A stretch of 64,000 nt of DNA from Nitrospirota bacterium (GCA_963741205.1 CAVUHW010000030.1:32001-96000); one strand, 5' to 3'; shown: positions 46,985 to 60,995, counted from the first letter of the stretch. Notes: generated from the letters alone by a model not told the origin. Program-made: numbers and translations.

Positions 46985-49900
46985 TTAAAACTGCCCGACC
47001 ACATTGATGAACAGACCCCGCTGTCTGTAATCCAGTTGGGTCAGATCATCCGAAAAATCACTGAAGTTATAGCCGACACCCGCCTTGATATTGTTCCCCA
47101 CCTGCCGGTAGATCGCCGCCAGCACCCCGCTGCGTTTGTCTTTCGCATCGGGTAGATCGAGCAAGCGCCCTTCAAGCAAGGCGTCCCACTTTTGCACGAA
47201 ATGCCAATCCGCACGGAGAACGTAAAGGTGGGCCCGGCTATCGAAAAATTCCTGTGTCACGCGATCCTCGCTGATTTGCCCCAAGCGATAGGCGTATTTG
47301 CCGCCGATGGTCCAACGCTGGGTGAGGTCATACATCACATCCAGCGAGAAGATGTGGCTCTTCTGAATGAAATCCGCGGCCGTATTCGTGACCGTATTGG
47401 CGGCCGTATTGGTGACCGTATCGGTGACCTGACCGACGCTCGGGAGATTGTAAAAGTACGTATATTTGAACAAGGTGTTGAGGCGATCGTTCGTCACGGG
47501 CCGATAGCCGTAACCCAGGACTGCTTCCGTATAATCGCCGTCGTAGAAACTGCCGAGCGAGCTCTTGCTCTCGGCGTGATTCAGTTTTCCGAGGAGCCGC
47601 GACGCGGGGTCCATCTGGTATTTGAAAACGTTCTTGATCAACCAGCTGTCCCGATCCACCGTGCTCACGCTCAAGTCCGGGTTTATGGTGTCGGTCTTGT
47701 CCACGCGATACTCGAACGCGGTCGTCCAGGAAAATCTCTCGTCGCCGTAACCGACCCGCACGCCGGCCGCTTTGCGCTCGAGACGTGCGGCGGTGATGGG
47801 ATCTCGCAGCGTTCCGAAATCCACATTGACACCGAAGTTCCAGTGATCAAAAGGCGCAAGGTCGACGCCCGCGGAATGCGTGAGGCCCGTTGGCACCTTC
47901 CCGTGCGTATACTTTTCCTCTGCATACACGCTCGTGGTATCCGAGTACCGCGTCTTGACCCCGGTAACCATATTTCCCTTGTTCGAACGGATACCATTGT
48001 CCGGCGTCTCGTTGTCGTACGTGTAATTCAGGTATAAATTGGTCCGGTCGGAGTAGAGATACTCCGTACCGACCTTGCCCGCGCCGCCGAGATCGCCGGC
48101 CGACACTTCGCCAGTTACCTTGAACCGATCGGTGACGCGGTAAGCGCCGCCCGAACCCACGCGACCGTTTTCTTCGCGGTTGCCGGTCTTTTTGACCGTA
48201 TCCTGTGCGAAACCGTAGGCAGTCCATCTCTCCTTGGAATCGTAGGTCGCCCGCAGGGCCGCATCCGTGCGATCACCCTCCATCTGCGTCGGCGGCACGA
48301 CCGGCGAGTGATCCTCGCGGCTATCGAGCCTCACCCCCGGGCTCAGGGTCCAATGCTCAGTCAACTGATAATTGACATCGACCTCAGACGCATTGGTCTC
48401 GAGTCCCTGTTGCCGGCTTGTTTTGTCCGTCTTGGCGGTCACATTGACTCTGTCTGTCACCGGCGCATTCAAAGTACCGCCGTACTGCTTGGTATCCGTA
48501 GCCGTCGCCAGGCCCGGCGCCGAATAGCCCGCATCGATGTTCTGCGTGTAGAACGTCACCTGACCGTTCGCACCGTCGATGATGTCTCCGAAACCGATGC
48601 TGGTGTCGACCCGGTAAGCGCCGGCACTGCCCACGACTGGCGTTTCCGTCGAGCCGAACGTGAAGCCGCCATCGTTTGAAGAAAGGGAGGTCAGGCCGGG
48701 TCCTTTGCTCTTGGACGTCTCCACCTTGATCCACGACGCGGCGCTTTTCCTGAGGGTAAGATCGGCGGCATTGAGCCCGTTCGGGTTCTCCGAATCCTGA
48801 TCCTTGCTGGAGGTGATGCCCAGTTTCACGTAATCGTTCAGCCACACATGGGTACGACCGCCGAGACTCATGCTATTGGTGTCGCCGGCGCTCGGTACGT
48901 ATTCGTAGCGCACGACCAAAAAAACCGGATTGCCGCCAGCGGTGTCGCTGGCCACCAGCAGATTGTCGCTCGCCGTCGGCGACAGGGGTTGCGAAAGTGA
49001 AATGCGTCCCTGCAGGTAATCGACGGTGTAATCGAGAGTCGGCGTCAGATTCTTAACGGAGGTGACGATTCCCGAATCCTTGTCGCGCACCTCGATGCGC
49101 ACGCGCTCGGAGCCGGTAAGGATGTCAAGATGACGCAAGTAATAGAGCGAACCGCCGGTACCCAGAAACTCGTCCCGTGTTCCGACTGTGCCCGGCTGCG
49201 CGGCAAAGCCGTCAATCATGAACCGCTTCTCGCCGAAGCTCGTCGTCGACAGTGTTTGATAATGGGCATTTGCGCCGTACAATCCGCGATCCACGTGCGC
49301 CAGGTCGTTGTCGTTGTAGCCGATGTTGAAGTTGCCCCACAGGCCGTAGCTGTCGTCCTTCTTCATCTTCAAATAGAACTTGCCGAGCGTCGGCGCCCCC
49401 TCCTCCACGCTGCTGTCGTCACCGTAGGTAGGATAGAAATACTGCGGATCGATGCGCCGGAACAATGAGTCGGTCGACCTGTCTCCGAAGTTGTTGAAGA
49501 TATCCTTGACTGGCCCTTCGAGCGTGTCCGCGCTTGAGGTCAATTCCCAACCATTGCCAAACTTGCCCTTGGTGTAGAAGGCCAGCCGGCCATCGTAGCT
49601 GAAATCGTTGTTGTAGTGCGTCTGATCGTTGGTGACGAGCTTTGCCGGGCCGCTCGTGGAATCCCGGGCCACAGTGACATCGGCGATGCCGACGTAAAAC
49701 CAGTCGTTCTTTTTAAGATCGAGATCGCGCAGGAACAGGTCGCCGTTACCCGATTTATCGAGTATCGCCACCTCGACGGTGTGCATGCCCGGCGGGAGGA
49801 TTTCTTCGGTGACAAACTTGCCTTCATTCCCGACCGGCACTGCGCGGCCGGCCACGAACACCGAATGATCAGCCGGGACCTCGCTGCCAGTAGACCTTGA

Positions 49901-52123
49901 TCGTCCCGCCTTTCTTCGGAATATTGTCTACGACGAGGTGATTTTCGCCGTAGCCGACCAGCAACTCCCTTTCTCCGTCGTGGTCCTGAATATCCGCAGG
50001 CTGCCTGTCAATGATCCAGATCGGCAGCGGCTGGGTCTCGTCGAAATTGTTCGACGCGTCGTAGACACGCAGCACGTATTTCAATTCGCGCCCGGGGGCC
50101 TTGTATTCGGGGAAGGTCGGCTGCCACTCTGCGCGGCCATCCTTGTTGACCTCGATGACCGCAAGGGGTGTGTCGTTTACCGACTCCAGCGCGTCGAAGA
50201 TGCGAATTTCCGCTTTCTTGATAAAACTCGCGTAGTTCGTGTAGGTGCGGAACCGCATCAGGTTTTCCGGGTATTCGGTATTCGGGTCGTCCTGATAACG
50301 AATGGAATTCGGCCAGGCCGTCACATTCAGTCGGGGTTTCAGCTCAAGATTGTCGAATTTGAATTGCACATTCGCCTTGTCCAGGGCCACGTCGGTACAC
50401 CGCTCGATATCGGCGATGCTCTTGCCCGGATCGTCGACCGGCTTGCCGTCGACGGTGATGCGCATGAGGTTCAGCGCAAGGGGATCCTTCGGAGTGACCT
50501 CACGCGTGAAGCGCGTGATATCCAGTCCCTCGGTGCCGTCAAGAGCCAGCAGCTCGTCATACACGACCTGCACTTCGACGCGCGCCGTATCGGATTCGAC
50601 AAAGCCCGTATTGACCACGTCGTCCGATTGCACATAACCGCGTCCCTCGAACTCCACCTGACCATCCTTCAGACCCGACTGCTCTTCGACGGCATTCATG
50701 GCCCGGCGGGCACGGGCGGTCGAAAGACCGATATCGTCACCGTATACCGTCGCAGTGCGGCGATCGAGGCGCTCGTCGTTGGTATAACCGATGAAGCGGA
50801 GTCGCACCTTCTCTTTGTCGCGAATCTCATCCATGCTGCTGATCAGGCGCTCCAGGTGTTCCGACGTAATGACCGGCTTCCCCTGCTCAAACAGGATCGG
50901 CTTGACGCCGCCGGACGGCGAATCGTAAACGCGAGTCACTGTTTCCACACCCACGGCTTCCGGGCACATCTGCGGCTCGTCCGACAGCTCCTGCAGGGCG
51001 TCGTCATACCAGAATTCGACTTCGATGCGTCGATTGAGCGCCCGGCCTTTCTCGGTGTCGTTCGAGGCGATGGGATTGGCCGCGCCCTTGCCGTCCACGT
51101 CGATCTCCGACGTCGGGAGTTTCAGCGCATCCTGAACGGCGAGCGCCGCCCGCCGCGCCCGCGCCTTCGACAAGGCCACCACGTTACCGTAAATTCGCTC
51201 GGTCCGCCCCTCAAGTGGCAGGTTGTCGGTGTATCCGGTGAATTTGACTACGAGGTGCTCCTTCGCCCCCAGGTTGGTGAGCGCCTGCCGCACCTTTTGG
51301 ACGAATTCCCCGGGGACGGCCGTCGTGTCATCGTCGAAGTGGAGCGGCTCCACCAGGTTCTTGATGCGGGCGCGCTTTGAGTGCCCCTCCTTGTAGCGCA
51401 ACTTGCACACCGTCTCGACGCGGCACACCTTTACGCGATTCATCTGCTCCGCAACGACCACCTCTTTGTCCACCAGTTTATCGGTGATCTCGTCGTACCA
51501 GACCTCGACTTCGACCCGCCTATTGAGCGCCTTGCCTTGCTCGGTGGCGTTGTTCGCTACCGGCTGGGATTCGCCCATGCCCTCGTAAGTAATCGACTCG
51601 GGCGGAAGATGGAGGGCCTTCTGGAAATACTCGGCGGTGACTCCCGCGCGTTCTCGCGATAAGCGTGAGATTGTCGCCGTACTTTTGCTTCACTTCTCTG
51701 AATAGCTGCGCGTTGTCCGAGTGCCCCACGAAATGCAACCGGACGTTGTTGCGTCCTTTCATGCCGTCGAGCACCTCGCGCAGACGCTGGACATAACCTA
51801 TCGGGAATCTCCGCTTCTCCGGATGCAAAGTGAATCGGCGGAACGAGGTTCTGCACTTTGATGGTCTTGACCGCTTTTTCCAGAACCTTCTTCACTTCGA
51901 CTTTGTCTCCCTGCTTATCGTCCCCGTCCCCACCGTGCACCCATAAGGTGCGCGGCTCATCGGTTCCCGCTTGTTTCTCGACCGCCTGGCCGAGAGCAGG
52001 CGCCTGCATCACGCCTGTTTCCGCAGCCATCAGCGGGGCCGAAACAGCAGCCGTGTTCGTTTCCGCCATCGCCACGGCGGAAACGAGACACGAAACACCG
52101 ATGAGTGAGATCCGCTTCAGCAT
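46985..52123 (-). CDS. Large outer-membrane protein: signal peptide, ~3 OmpA-like domains, C-terminal beta-barrel (indels near 51800, 51650, 49870)
   Basis: FVGHSDN..NRRVEV, FTGYTDN..NRRIEV, FIGYTND; amphipathic strands ending GLFINVVGQF. Confidence 0.85.
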
Positions 52124-52161
52124 ACCCCTTGATTTCCCTTAAAAAAACATCGTAACGACCG

Positions 52162-55100
52162 TTATTGCCCGTTGTTCTCCACCGAACTTCTCGCGGGAGG
52201 TCCACCACGCCGCCAGAAGATTTCGGTCTCGATCGTCAATTCGTAGCTTCCTTGCTCCCATCGATCCGTGATTTCACGCTTGAGCGCCTCGGTGCGCGCC
52301 TTCACAACTGCCTGATCCTCCACATCCGCGAGGTACGAGATACGGAGAATGGCCGGCGCTTTGCGCAATTCGCCGAGCAGCATCTCGATTCTCGGTTTCC
52401 ATTGCGGCCGCATCTCGGTGGATCCCGGCTCGAACACGCCATCCGCGATGTCCAGGCTCACGACGCGGTGCAGCGTCGCGCCGAAGTTGAACTTTATCGC
52501 CTTACCTCGGGTCAGGCGCTGCACGAGCGGGTTCTGGGTGGTGACGCGATAACCCGTCGGCAGCGTGCGGTCATCGAGTTTCAAGATGAAGTTGCTGCCC
52601 CGATCCTCGTTGGGGACCGCGGCGCAAGTGATGTGGAAACGACCGTCCTTGTCCGTCGTCACAATGAGACCCCGCGCGCTCACGATCCGCACCCCGCCCA
52701 GGCCTTTTTCTCCCTCATCGGGGTAGCCGTTGGCGTTGGCATCATCGAACACCTTTCCGATGATGTCCGTACAATCGAAGGTGGGATCGGGAACGATGCG
52801 CACTCTCGCCGTCGCCACGGTGGTCATGGCTTCACCCGTAGTGCTGCTAAGTACCTGCGCGCTGTTGTCGTAGTTACCTTCCTTAACGCCCGCGCCCACG
52901 ATGAGCAGCAGCTTGATTGTGTGATCGCCGTCCGTGAGCTGGAGATTGTCCCAGCGCAGGTCGCTCGTGGTTTTCACGGGCTCGAGCCGGTTGCCGTCGA
53001 ATCGGGCGGAACCGTCGACATATTTGAATCCGGGCGGGAAGCGATCCACGATGGTGAGATTCGACAGAGTCGCGCCCAGTGTGTTCTTGACCGTGATCGT
53101 GTACGGCACCATCTGCCCACGCGAAACATTGAGTAGCAACGCCGTCTTCGTGATCGTGACTCCGGTGTTCAACGGGGGGTCTACGGCAATGTGATTATTG
53201 AAGAGCTCGATACCGCCTGCGGCGGAGTTGCTCAGCATGAAGTGCAGGTAGTACTTCGTGCCCACCGAATTCGCCGGGACGCTCGGCGCGGGGGCGAACT
53301 CGGACGGCTGCGCTTCGCAGTAAGATGTCGTCGCCGGAATGGCATCGTCAGCGGTGCCGGGGCATCCCGGGACTGAAAACGGCGGTGTAGGATCGGTTGG
53401 TGCAATAATGCCAGAAGGCGTGGGGCGGTACCCATTCGGCGGCGTGACGCGAATGACGTAGTCGGCCCCCGCCGGGCAGGATGGGTCGCTGAAGTTCAGA
53501 TCGAACTTGTAGTAGCCCGGCGCGAGCGTCACCTGGTTCTGCTGCGCCGGATCATTAAAGCAGCTCGCCGGAAGCGCACTGTTCGTCGATGCCCGCACCA
53601 TGGTTACGGTGGCGCCGGCAATCGGGGTGCGCCGGACCGAATCGTAAATAACGCCGCTAGGATCGATCGGCAGATTCAGATTCTGGAGATTACGGCCCGA
53701 AACCGCCGTGATACCGGAGATCCGTTGCAAGCCATTGGTGAATGCCGAGTCGGCGAGACCCAAGAGCGCCGTGCTCGTGGTAGCGCCGGGCGCACTGAAT
53801 CGGATTTCGTACTGATCGGCGGCGGTCATCGTGGGTGCGAGGCCTCTAAAACCGTACGCGCCGTCGGTGTCAGTAGGCATGCTCGCCAGCAGCTGGCTGT
53901 TCCGGTAGACCTGAACAGTCCAGCCGGCCAATTCCCTTTCATTGCTTTCACACGTTTTGTTGAAGTTCGCGTCGTGCCAGACACTGCCGTTCAGCATTAC
54001 GCTGCCGGGCGTGCCGCCGATATCCACGGAAGCGTTACTCGAGGCGTTCTGGTTGGGTGTGTTCCACGTGACTTGCGCCGTATTGGTCAGCGTCGTACCG
54101 ATCGTTCCCGACACGAGCTTGGCGTGGAATCGCAAGATCGCGGTTCCATTCGCGGGCAGGCTTCCATAGACCGACGAGTAATCCGCTATGATTACTGAAC
54201 CTGCGACAGTGATCCCGGCGCCCGAACTATTCAGCACCGCTGATCCCGGCACATAAGAGAGTTGGCCAGGCAGGGCATCGGTGATCACCACGTTGGTCGC
54301 CGGCACCGTGCCGATATTGGTCACGCGCACTGACATATTCGAGCTCGGCGCCGACTACGGCGGTTCCGCCACCAACGACTGCGACTTGCTTCGTGATCGT
54401 GAGCTGTTGCGCGTTACCTACCGCGATAACGGTCGGCTGGTAACCGTTGGTCGCGTTGCCATCCGAGTCAGTCAAAAGCGTCGGCAACTGCGTGGTCGAC
54501 GCACTGCCTTGGTTGCTGATGATCGTTCCGGAGGGCACGCCCGCGTTGACCTGTAGTCTGAAGGTCACGATGCCCGTGCCGCCTGTCGCCAGGGTGCCAC
54601 CGACCGACGGGGACGGCGGCGGGGTTTGGTCGGAGGAAACGACGCCGATGCCGCCTATGAGGGGCGATACGCCGGCGCCGGGATCTCCCACTGTCCGGCC
54701 GTTCATCACCAGCGAATTGGCCACATAGGTGGTATTGGCAGGAACGGCGTCCGCGAGCACCACGCCCGTCGCCGGAGTTGCCCCCGAGTTGGTCACGATG
54801 ATGGTGTACTGGAGCACATCGCCCGGATCGACGAGTCCATTATTATTGTTGTCCACGGCGAGCTGGACGGTCTTCAGCGCGTAGACCAATGGCAAGTTAC
54901 CCACAACGACCCTGGTCGGATCGTTCAGTACAGGGGTCGCTGGATTGTCGGAGGGTTGTTCGGGGAACGGTACCACTGCCTGCGCCGGAACCGTTTACAA
55001 AGCCCTGGTTGGAGATGATGGTGCCGTTAACGACGTTGGTGCTGATGCGCACGTCAAACGTGACCGTGGCCACATTTGTCGTAGCCGCGCTCGCGTCCGC

Positions 55101-58100
55101 GCGCATGGCACCCGCCGCCGTGTCAACGGGCGAGTTGATCGACATGCCGTTTTGCAGCGCGCTGACACCGGCCGGTATCCGCCACGGCCAGCGCCATTCA
55201 GCTTGGTGCTGTTGGCCACGTAGCTCGTGTTAGCCGGGATCTGATCGCGCAACGTCACGCCCGCTGCATTCTCGTTGCCGATGTTCTTCACCGTGATGGT
55301 GTAGCGCAAGGTATCGCCAGCCATGATGGTTGAGGTACCGGACGTAATGTCTTGCGCCGTTTTCAGCACACGGAAGACCGGCGCCGACGTGATGATCGTG
55401 CGGGTCGGATCGCTGGTTCCGGGTGAGGGACGGATCATCGCTCAACTGTGTCGGCAATGTGGACGAGCCGATCTGCGCCTGGTTCAGCACTGCGGAGCCG
55501 CTGGTGATCACCGGCACGAGCGTGGCCTGGAACTCAATGACCAGCTTGTCGTTGCCGCCGCCCTGCGGGTCGATACTCAGGTTGCTGATACTCACCAGAC
55601 CCGTGCCCTTGGTCCCGCCGGTCGCCGAGGTCAGTGTGGTGTTCGCGCCTGCCGGAACGGTGACGAGCGTCAGGCTGCCGGGCACGAACATGGCGGTCGT
55701 ATTCAGCTTGTCCAGCTCGTCCGTCAGCGAGAAGTTCGTCGCGCCCACCGTGCCGCTGTTCTGGATCGTCAAGGTGTACTTCAGCGTGTCGCCGGGTTTG
55801 GCGTTGGCGCCGGGCTGGCCGGTGGTCGCGTCATAGAGTACGGTCTTGGTGAAGGTCAGCACCGGCAACTTCGTGATAATGCTGGCAGATATCGGGCCGA
55901 GGAAATAGTCATTGACCGCCGGTGTGCCACTGCCCGTGCGTTCATCGTTGTTGACCCCATTCTGGCCGGTCCACTGGGCCGAGGTGCTGGCCGCGAGTGT
56001 CTGTCCGGACTGTACGTTGATCAGGACCTTCGCATCGTAAGTAGACAGTGACCGTTGTCCCCTCTCAGGAATATCTATGTTGGAGCCGGCCGATCCCCAG
56101 CTGAGTGACTGCGGAGTGGTAATACCATCGCCCGTAATGATCGGCGCCGAGATGGTATTGCCGGCGCCGGTGACGGTGACGTTACCGTTATAGGCAAGGC
56201 CAAGCGAGAGCGCTTCGGCAATGCTCAGATCAAATGCGCTGGAGTAGCTGTCGGTAGCTGGGTCCGCCCGCTGCTTGAAACACGAGCGTATAGCGCAGGA
56301 TGTCGCCGACGGTTGGTGCAACGCCGGGATTTGTCTGGTTACTCACGCTCTTGGTGAGCGTCACAACCGGCTCGATGATTCGCAGCGGCTGGGCAGTGGT
56401 GCCGGTGCCGCCATTCTTCTTCGCGCCGCCCGCGGTGTCGGCGTACGTGTAGGAGGCACTATTTTGGAAACTCACCCCGGCATTCGCCGCGCTGTTATTG
56501 GCGACGCGGGCATGCACTTCGATGATCGCCTGCTTACCTGCCGGGATCTGCGCCAGGGTGAGATTCACCTGGCCGGGTGCAACGCTGCTGTCGCTCAGGG
56601 TGAAATTATTGCCGCTCACATCAGTCGCGCTGACATACACCAGCGAGCTGTTGAGAGTATCGGTCACCGTCACGTCATAAAGCGCGGCATTAATTATCGT
56701 CGTTGGCACCGTAATGCGATAGACCACTGCATCGCCGATCGTCGCTTCACCGCTCGCTGGTGAGATAGAGCGTCTTGGACGGCTGGGAAATGGTGGCGCT
56801 GTTGGTCATCGTGAAGATGGCCGGACCAAGCGCTCCATACTTTTGTCCCGACTGCAGCGGCAGTGACCAGTACTCGGCGAGAGTGACGCTGTTATTCCAG
56901 GTCTGGTTGGAGCCGAAGTCGGTATAGAAACCGATATTGTAATCGATGGTGACGCATTGACCCGGATTGACCGGCGTACTCAGCACAAAGGTCATCGTGC
57001 CGCCGCGCACTGCAGGCGGTGTATAGGTGTAATCGGTCCCGGCAGTGAGGAGCGTACCGCCGACACTCACGGCGGGCGGGGTGATGGTTGTTTGGTTCAA
57101 CTGGCTCGCCAGCAGGTCGGTGAACTTGACGCTGTAAGCCGGCGCGGTTCCGTTATTGCACGACCCCAGGCGGAACTGCATAGTATCAGTAGTGACATTG
57201 ACCTGTAACGGACTGGCGCGAAGGGCACGATCGATCTTCGTCGGCGTGCTCATGATCGGCTGCCAGCACCGTGATGTTGGCGCTGCTGCTAAGGAGAGCG
57301 CTGCCGGTGTAAGCAAGCTTGACGGTGTTGCCCAGATTCGTGGCGGGCTGCTGTGTCAGCGTGTTCGTAACCACGCGTGCGCGGTATTGGATGACGAAGG
57401 TGTTGTTGGCGGAGTTGTTGTCGATGGCGTTGGTGATGTTGCCAAAGTTCCAGATAACGGTATTGCCGCTGACCGTAGGTGCAGTGAAATCGGTATAGGT
57501 AAACGGCGCGGTCTGGCTGAACGGCGCGGAGGTGTCGCCATTGATGCTGACAACGCTGTCGAAGGCAAGGCCCGCGGGTAGCGTATCGGTGACCACTACA
57601 TTCTGGAGCTGCCCTTCGCGCAGGGTCAGAGCGAGACGGTAAACGACAGTGTCGCCGACGCGCAGAATCGAGTCGGTGCCGGTGCTGGGTGCAGTAGTCC
57701 AGGAATCGGAGACCACCGATTTGGCAATGGTGGTGGGATCGAACGTGGGGACCGTGGCAGAGGCCGGGCCGTAGCAATAGTTGTTTGGCGAGGTAATGGT
57801 CGGGCAACCGGCGCCGGTGCGCTCTCCGCTCTGCGCGTCCTGCAGCGAGGTCCAATCCACATAGACGCTGTTGTTGATCGGCAAGCCGTTGACCGACACC
57901 ACCGTCACGCGATAGGTCAGCACGAGCGACTGGCCAGCGGGGATGTCGAGCGTGCCGTCATTGTTCTGGCGGCCCCAAGCCAGGGCGCCGCTGGGCAGTG
58001 TGGTTGGATTCGCTACAAAACCAGTGACCGGAACGCCGTTGATCTGCGCTGTGGCGGAACCGGGGACCAGCGATACGTTCACCGGCAGCGTGTCGACGAC

Positions 58101-60665
58101 ATTGGTATCAAACGCGGTGGAGCTACCACTATTGGGAATGGTGATCACATATTGGAGGACGTCACCTTGCGCGGCAGGATCGGTTGCCTGCTTGCCGGCC
58201 GAGACGTTGCTGACCGTCTTGGTGCCGCCGTTACTGCGGCTCGACCACCGTCATGGTGGAGGCGACACCTGCGCCGCCGGTCGCTTGCGTCGAGCTATTG
58301 CCGTTTACCTTGTCGTAGGTGTACGACGCGCTGTTTGTGAACGACACGCCACTGTGGTTGGTGGTGGTGTTCTGCAAGGCTACCGTAACCCTGATGACCG
58401 CCTGGCCGCCCGCGGGGATATCGATACCGGTGTTCAGTGTCTTGTAGAATGAGATTGGTGGCAGTGCCGGTATTGCTCAGGTTCCACGTGCCGCCGGATA
58501 CGACCTGTGCGCTCACAAAGCTCACGTTGGCCGGGAGATTGTCCAGGATCTTCACATCGTACAAGGGCACATTGACCGGGGTCTGCGGGCACCGTGATGA
58601 GGTAACTGAACTGCTGGCCGATCGTCGCAGTGCTCTGGGTATTCGTCTTCGACAGCGCTCCGGGCGCCTGGATCGTCACCGTGGTGGGATCCGCGTCGTA
58701 CCGAGCAGTGCCGGGCCGTTGACGTACGGGTCATCACTGACGCCGGACACGCTGCCGCTCGAGTGGTGCCGGAGATACTCGCCTGATTGGTGGCGATAGC
58801 GCCGTTCGTGAGGGGGTGCCGAGGCCAGGGTGACATCGAACTGGATCTGGTACTGCGGTGTTGGAAGCGCAGATTCAGACTGGTGATCGTAATGAGAGCC
58901 TGTGCCATTCGTGCCGCCAGTGGGAGTGACAGTAACTGTGGCGGTCGGAGGGAAGGTACTACTGCCGCAACGAGAGAGACGAGCCCGGGACGAAGGCCGC
59001 CGACGTGTTCAGGCCCAGGTCGTCGGTTATCGTAATGTTATTGAGCGGGGGGATGTTAAAGTTCTGGAGCTGCAGCGTGTAGCGCAGCCTGTCACCCGGA
59101 AAGGCCGCGGTGGCCGGGTTAGCGCCGGTGGTCAGGTCCTGGACCGACTTCAGAAAGTAATAGCCCGCCACCGTAGCCGTAACGGTGTAGGCGTCCTGGA
59201 AATCCAATACGCCCGGCGTGCCGTCGGTGATGCGTCCTGTCGTATTCGCGACGGCCGGTATAGCTGCTGTGCGGCACTGAACCACTTGGTAGCGCCGGCA
59301 ACGTTGGTAAGCGTGTCCGGACGAGATACCGGCGTCGAGCATGGCCTGGTAGTTGATGATCAAGCGCTGATTGGGCCCGATCTTGGCTGCGGCCGTAAGC
59401 ATGGTCAGGCTGAGCTGGCACGCAGACGCGGTACCGCCGTTCCAGGTGACCGAGAAGTCGGTGCCATTGACCAGCGGACCTGAGACCGGGGTGACGCCAT
59501 CCGCCGCAAAGATCTGAGCGGTGACCGTGGCCCTGGGATCGTAGGTGCACATGCCGGCGGGAAGATTGTCGGTGATCGTGGCGTTCCACGCATCGCTGCC
59601 GCCGATATTCTGGACGTTGATGGTGTAGGGCGCCTTGGTCCCCACATTCAGGTTAGACATCGAGCTCGTCTTTGTGACCGCGAGATTGGGCTCGGCGATG
59701 GCCATCGGCGACGAAATGCCCGACTGGCCCGGGAGGGGGACATAGTACCCCGTCGATAAGCCTCCCGAACTACCACGGGGCGGTGTTGATGAACGCCTTC
59801 CAACCGCGTTTGTCGGTGTGTTATCGAGGACGACCGTGATCTCGATCACGATCTGCGATCCGGCCGGGATGATGCGGGAAGTTAGCTGAAGGTCGAGGTG
59901 CTTCGTTGTCACCGATTGGTGAATGTACGCGGCACTGGAGGTGCCGCTGCCCTTCAGTAGGCGACTGATAGCTCACAAAGGTGAGATCCGCACCCGTCGC
60001 GGTGAGATTGTCCGTGACACGTGATGATGTCGCAAGTAGTTGGGCGATCCGACTGTTGTTGATGACGGTGCCCGTGGCCGGGTCATACATGACCGGGATC
60101 GTGAGCGTGTACGTGAAGGGCACGCCGATGGCTGGCCGTGGCTGCGGGGGACTGCTTGTGCGATGGTCTCTACGGGTATGAAAAGACCCTGACAGCTGTT
60201 ATTGGGGGCATATATCGCGCCGGGGTTAACAAACCAGATCTTGGTGGTAGTAGTGGCGCACGCCATATTACCGCTGTAGTAAATATTATTAAAAATCGCC
60301 AAGAACCCATCAGATTTAAAATTGAGGGTGGAAGTCAGCCCCTGCGGCCATTTGGCAGATATCGGAAAGTTCTCGAACGTACAATTAGCATCGATCCCGA
60401 TCGAGGAAGGAAGAGTAAAAGGAGTAAGAGTGGGATCATTACCGTCGATTATGTGGGAACCATTCACGAGGGGGTAGCCACTGCACAAATCCGTCCCCGC
60501 CTGCGCGGAGTAAGCCGCGCCCAGCACCAGGGCGAGGAGGAGCAGCAGCGGGAAACCGAGCCTGGAGCCGCGTGCCGTCAGGGCCGTAAGGAAACTTACC
60601 AACTTCCAGGCTTTTGGGTTCGAACACATCCGGAGCTTTTCCTCCTTTCTCATGGGCTGTAGCAT
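52162..60665 (-). CDS. Giant DUF11/pilin-like repeat surface protein (~2800 aa) with SdrD-B-like domains; many indels
   Basis: Signal-like LLLLLALVLGAAYSAQA; about 13 repeats of K(T/S)V..GD.L.Y(T)ITV.N.G..A.NV...D.LP; GKVFDDANANG..DEGEKG; Thr/Ser/Asn-rich. Confidence 0.8.
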
Positions 60666-60676
60666 AGCAACGTGCG

Positions 60677-60792
60677 GTGATCGGGAAAGTCCGTGACGAG
60701 ATAACGCTAGCAGAGACCGATCACTCCTGTCTCGGCTTTTTATGACGTGCTCTCGGCTTTTTATGCTTTTTTGATAAAATAAATCACTTTCG
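60677..60792 (-). promoter_or_regulatory. Copy 1 of a triplicated ~110-bp element with tandem AraC-type boxes
   Basis: tctcggctttttatg at 60730 and 60751 (21-bp period), directly upstream of the giant gene. Confidence 0.75.
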
Positions 60793-60869
60793 AGACAGTA
60801 GCCCTCGAGAACTGGCTACGAGCCGCCTCCCCGACCGTATACCCCTTCATCTCCTGTCCTCAGCAAGGT

Positions 60870-60990
60870 CCTGCTGCCTGCACTGCTGTGATCGGGACAA
60901 GTCCACGATGGGATAACGCTAGCAGAGACCGATCACTCCTGTCTCGGCTTTTTATGACGCGCTCTCGGCTTTTTATGCTTTTTTGATAAA
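60870..60990 (-). repeat. Copy 2 of the triplicated element
   Basis: Near-identical to 60677-60779. Confidence 0.85.
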
Positions 60991-60995
60991 AAAAA

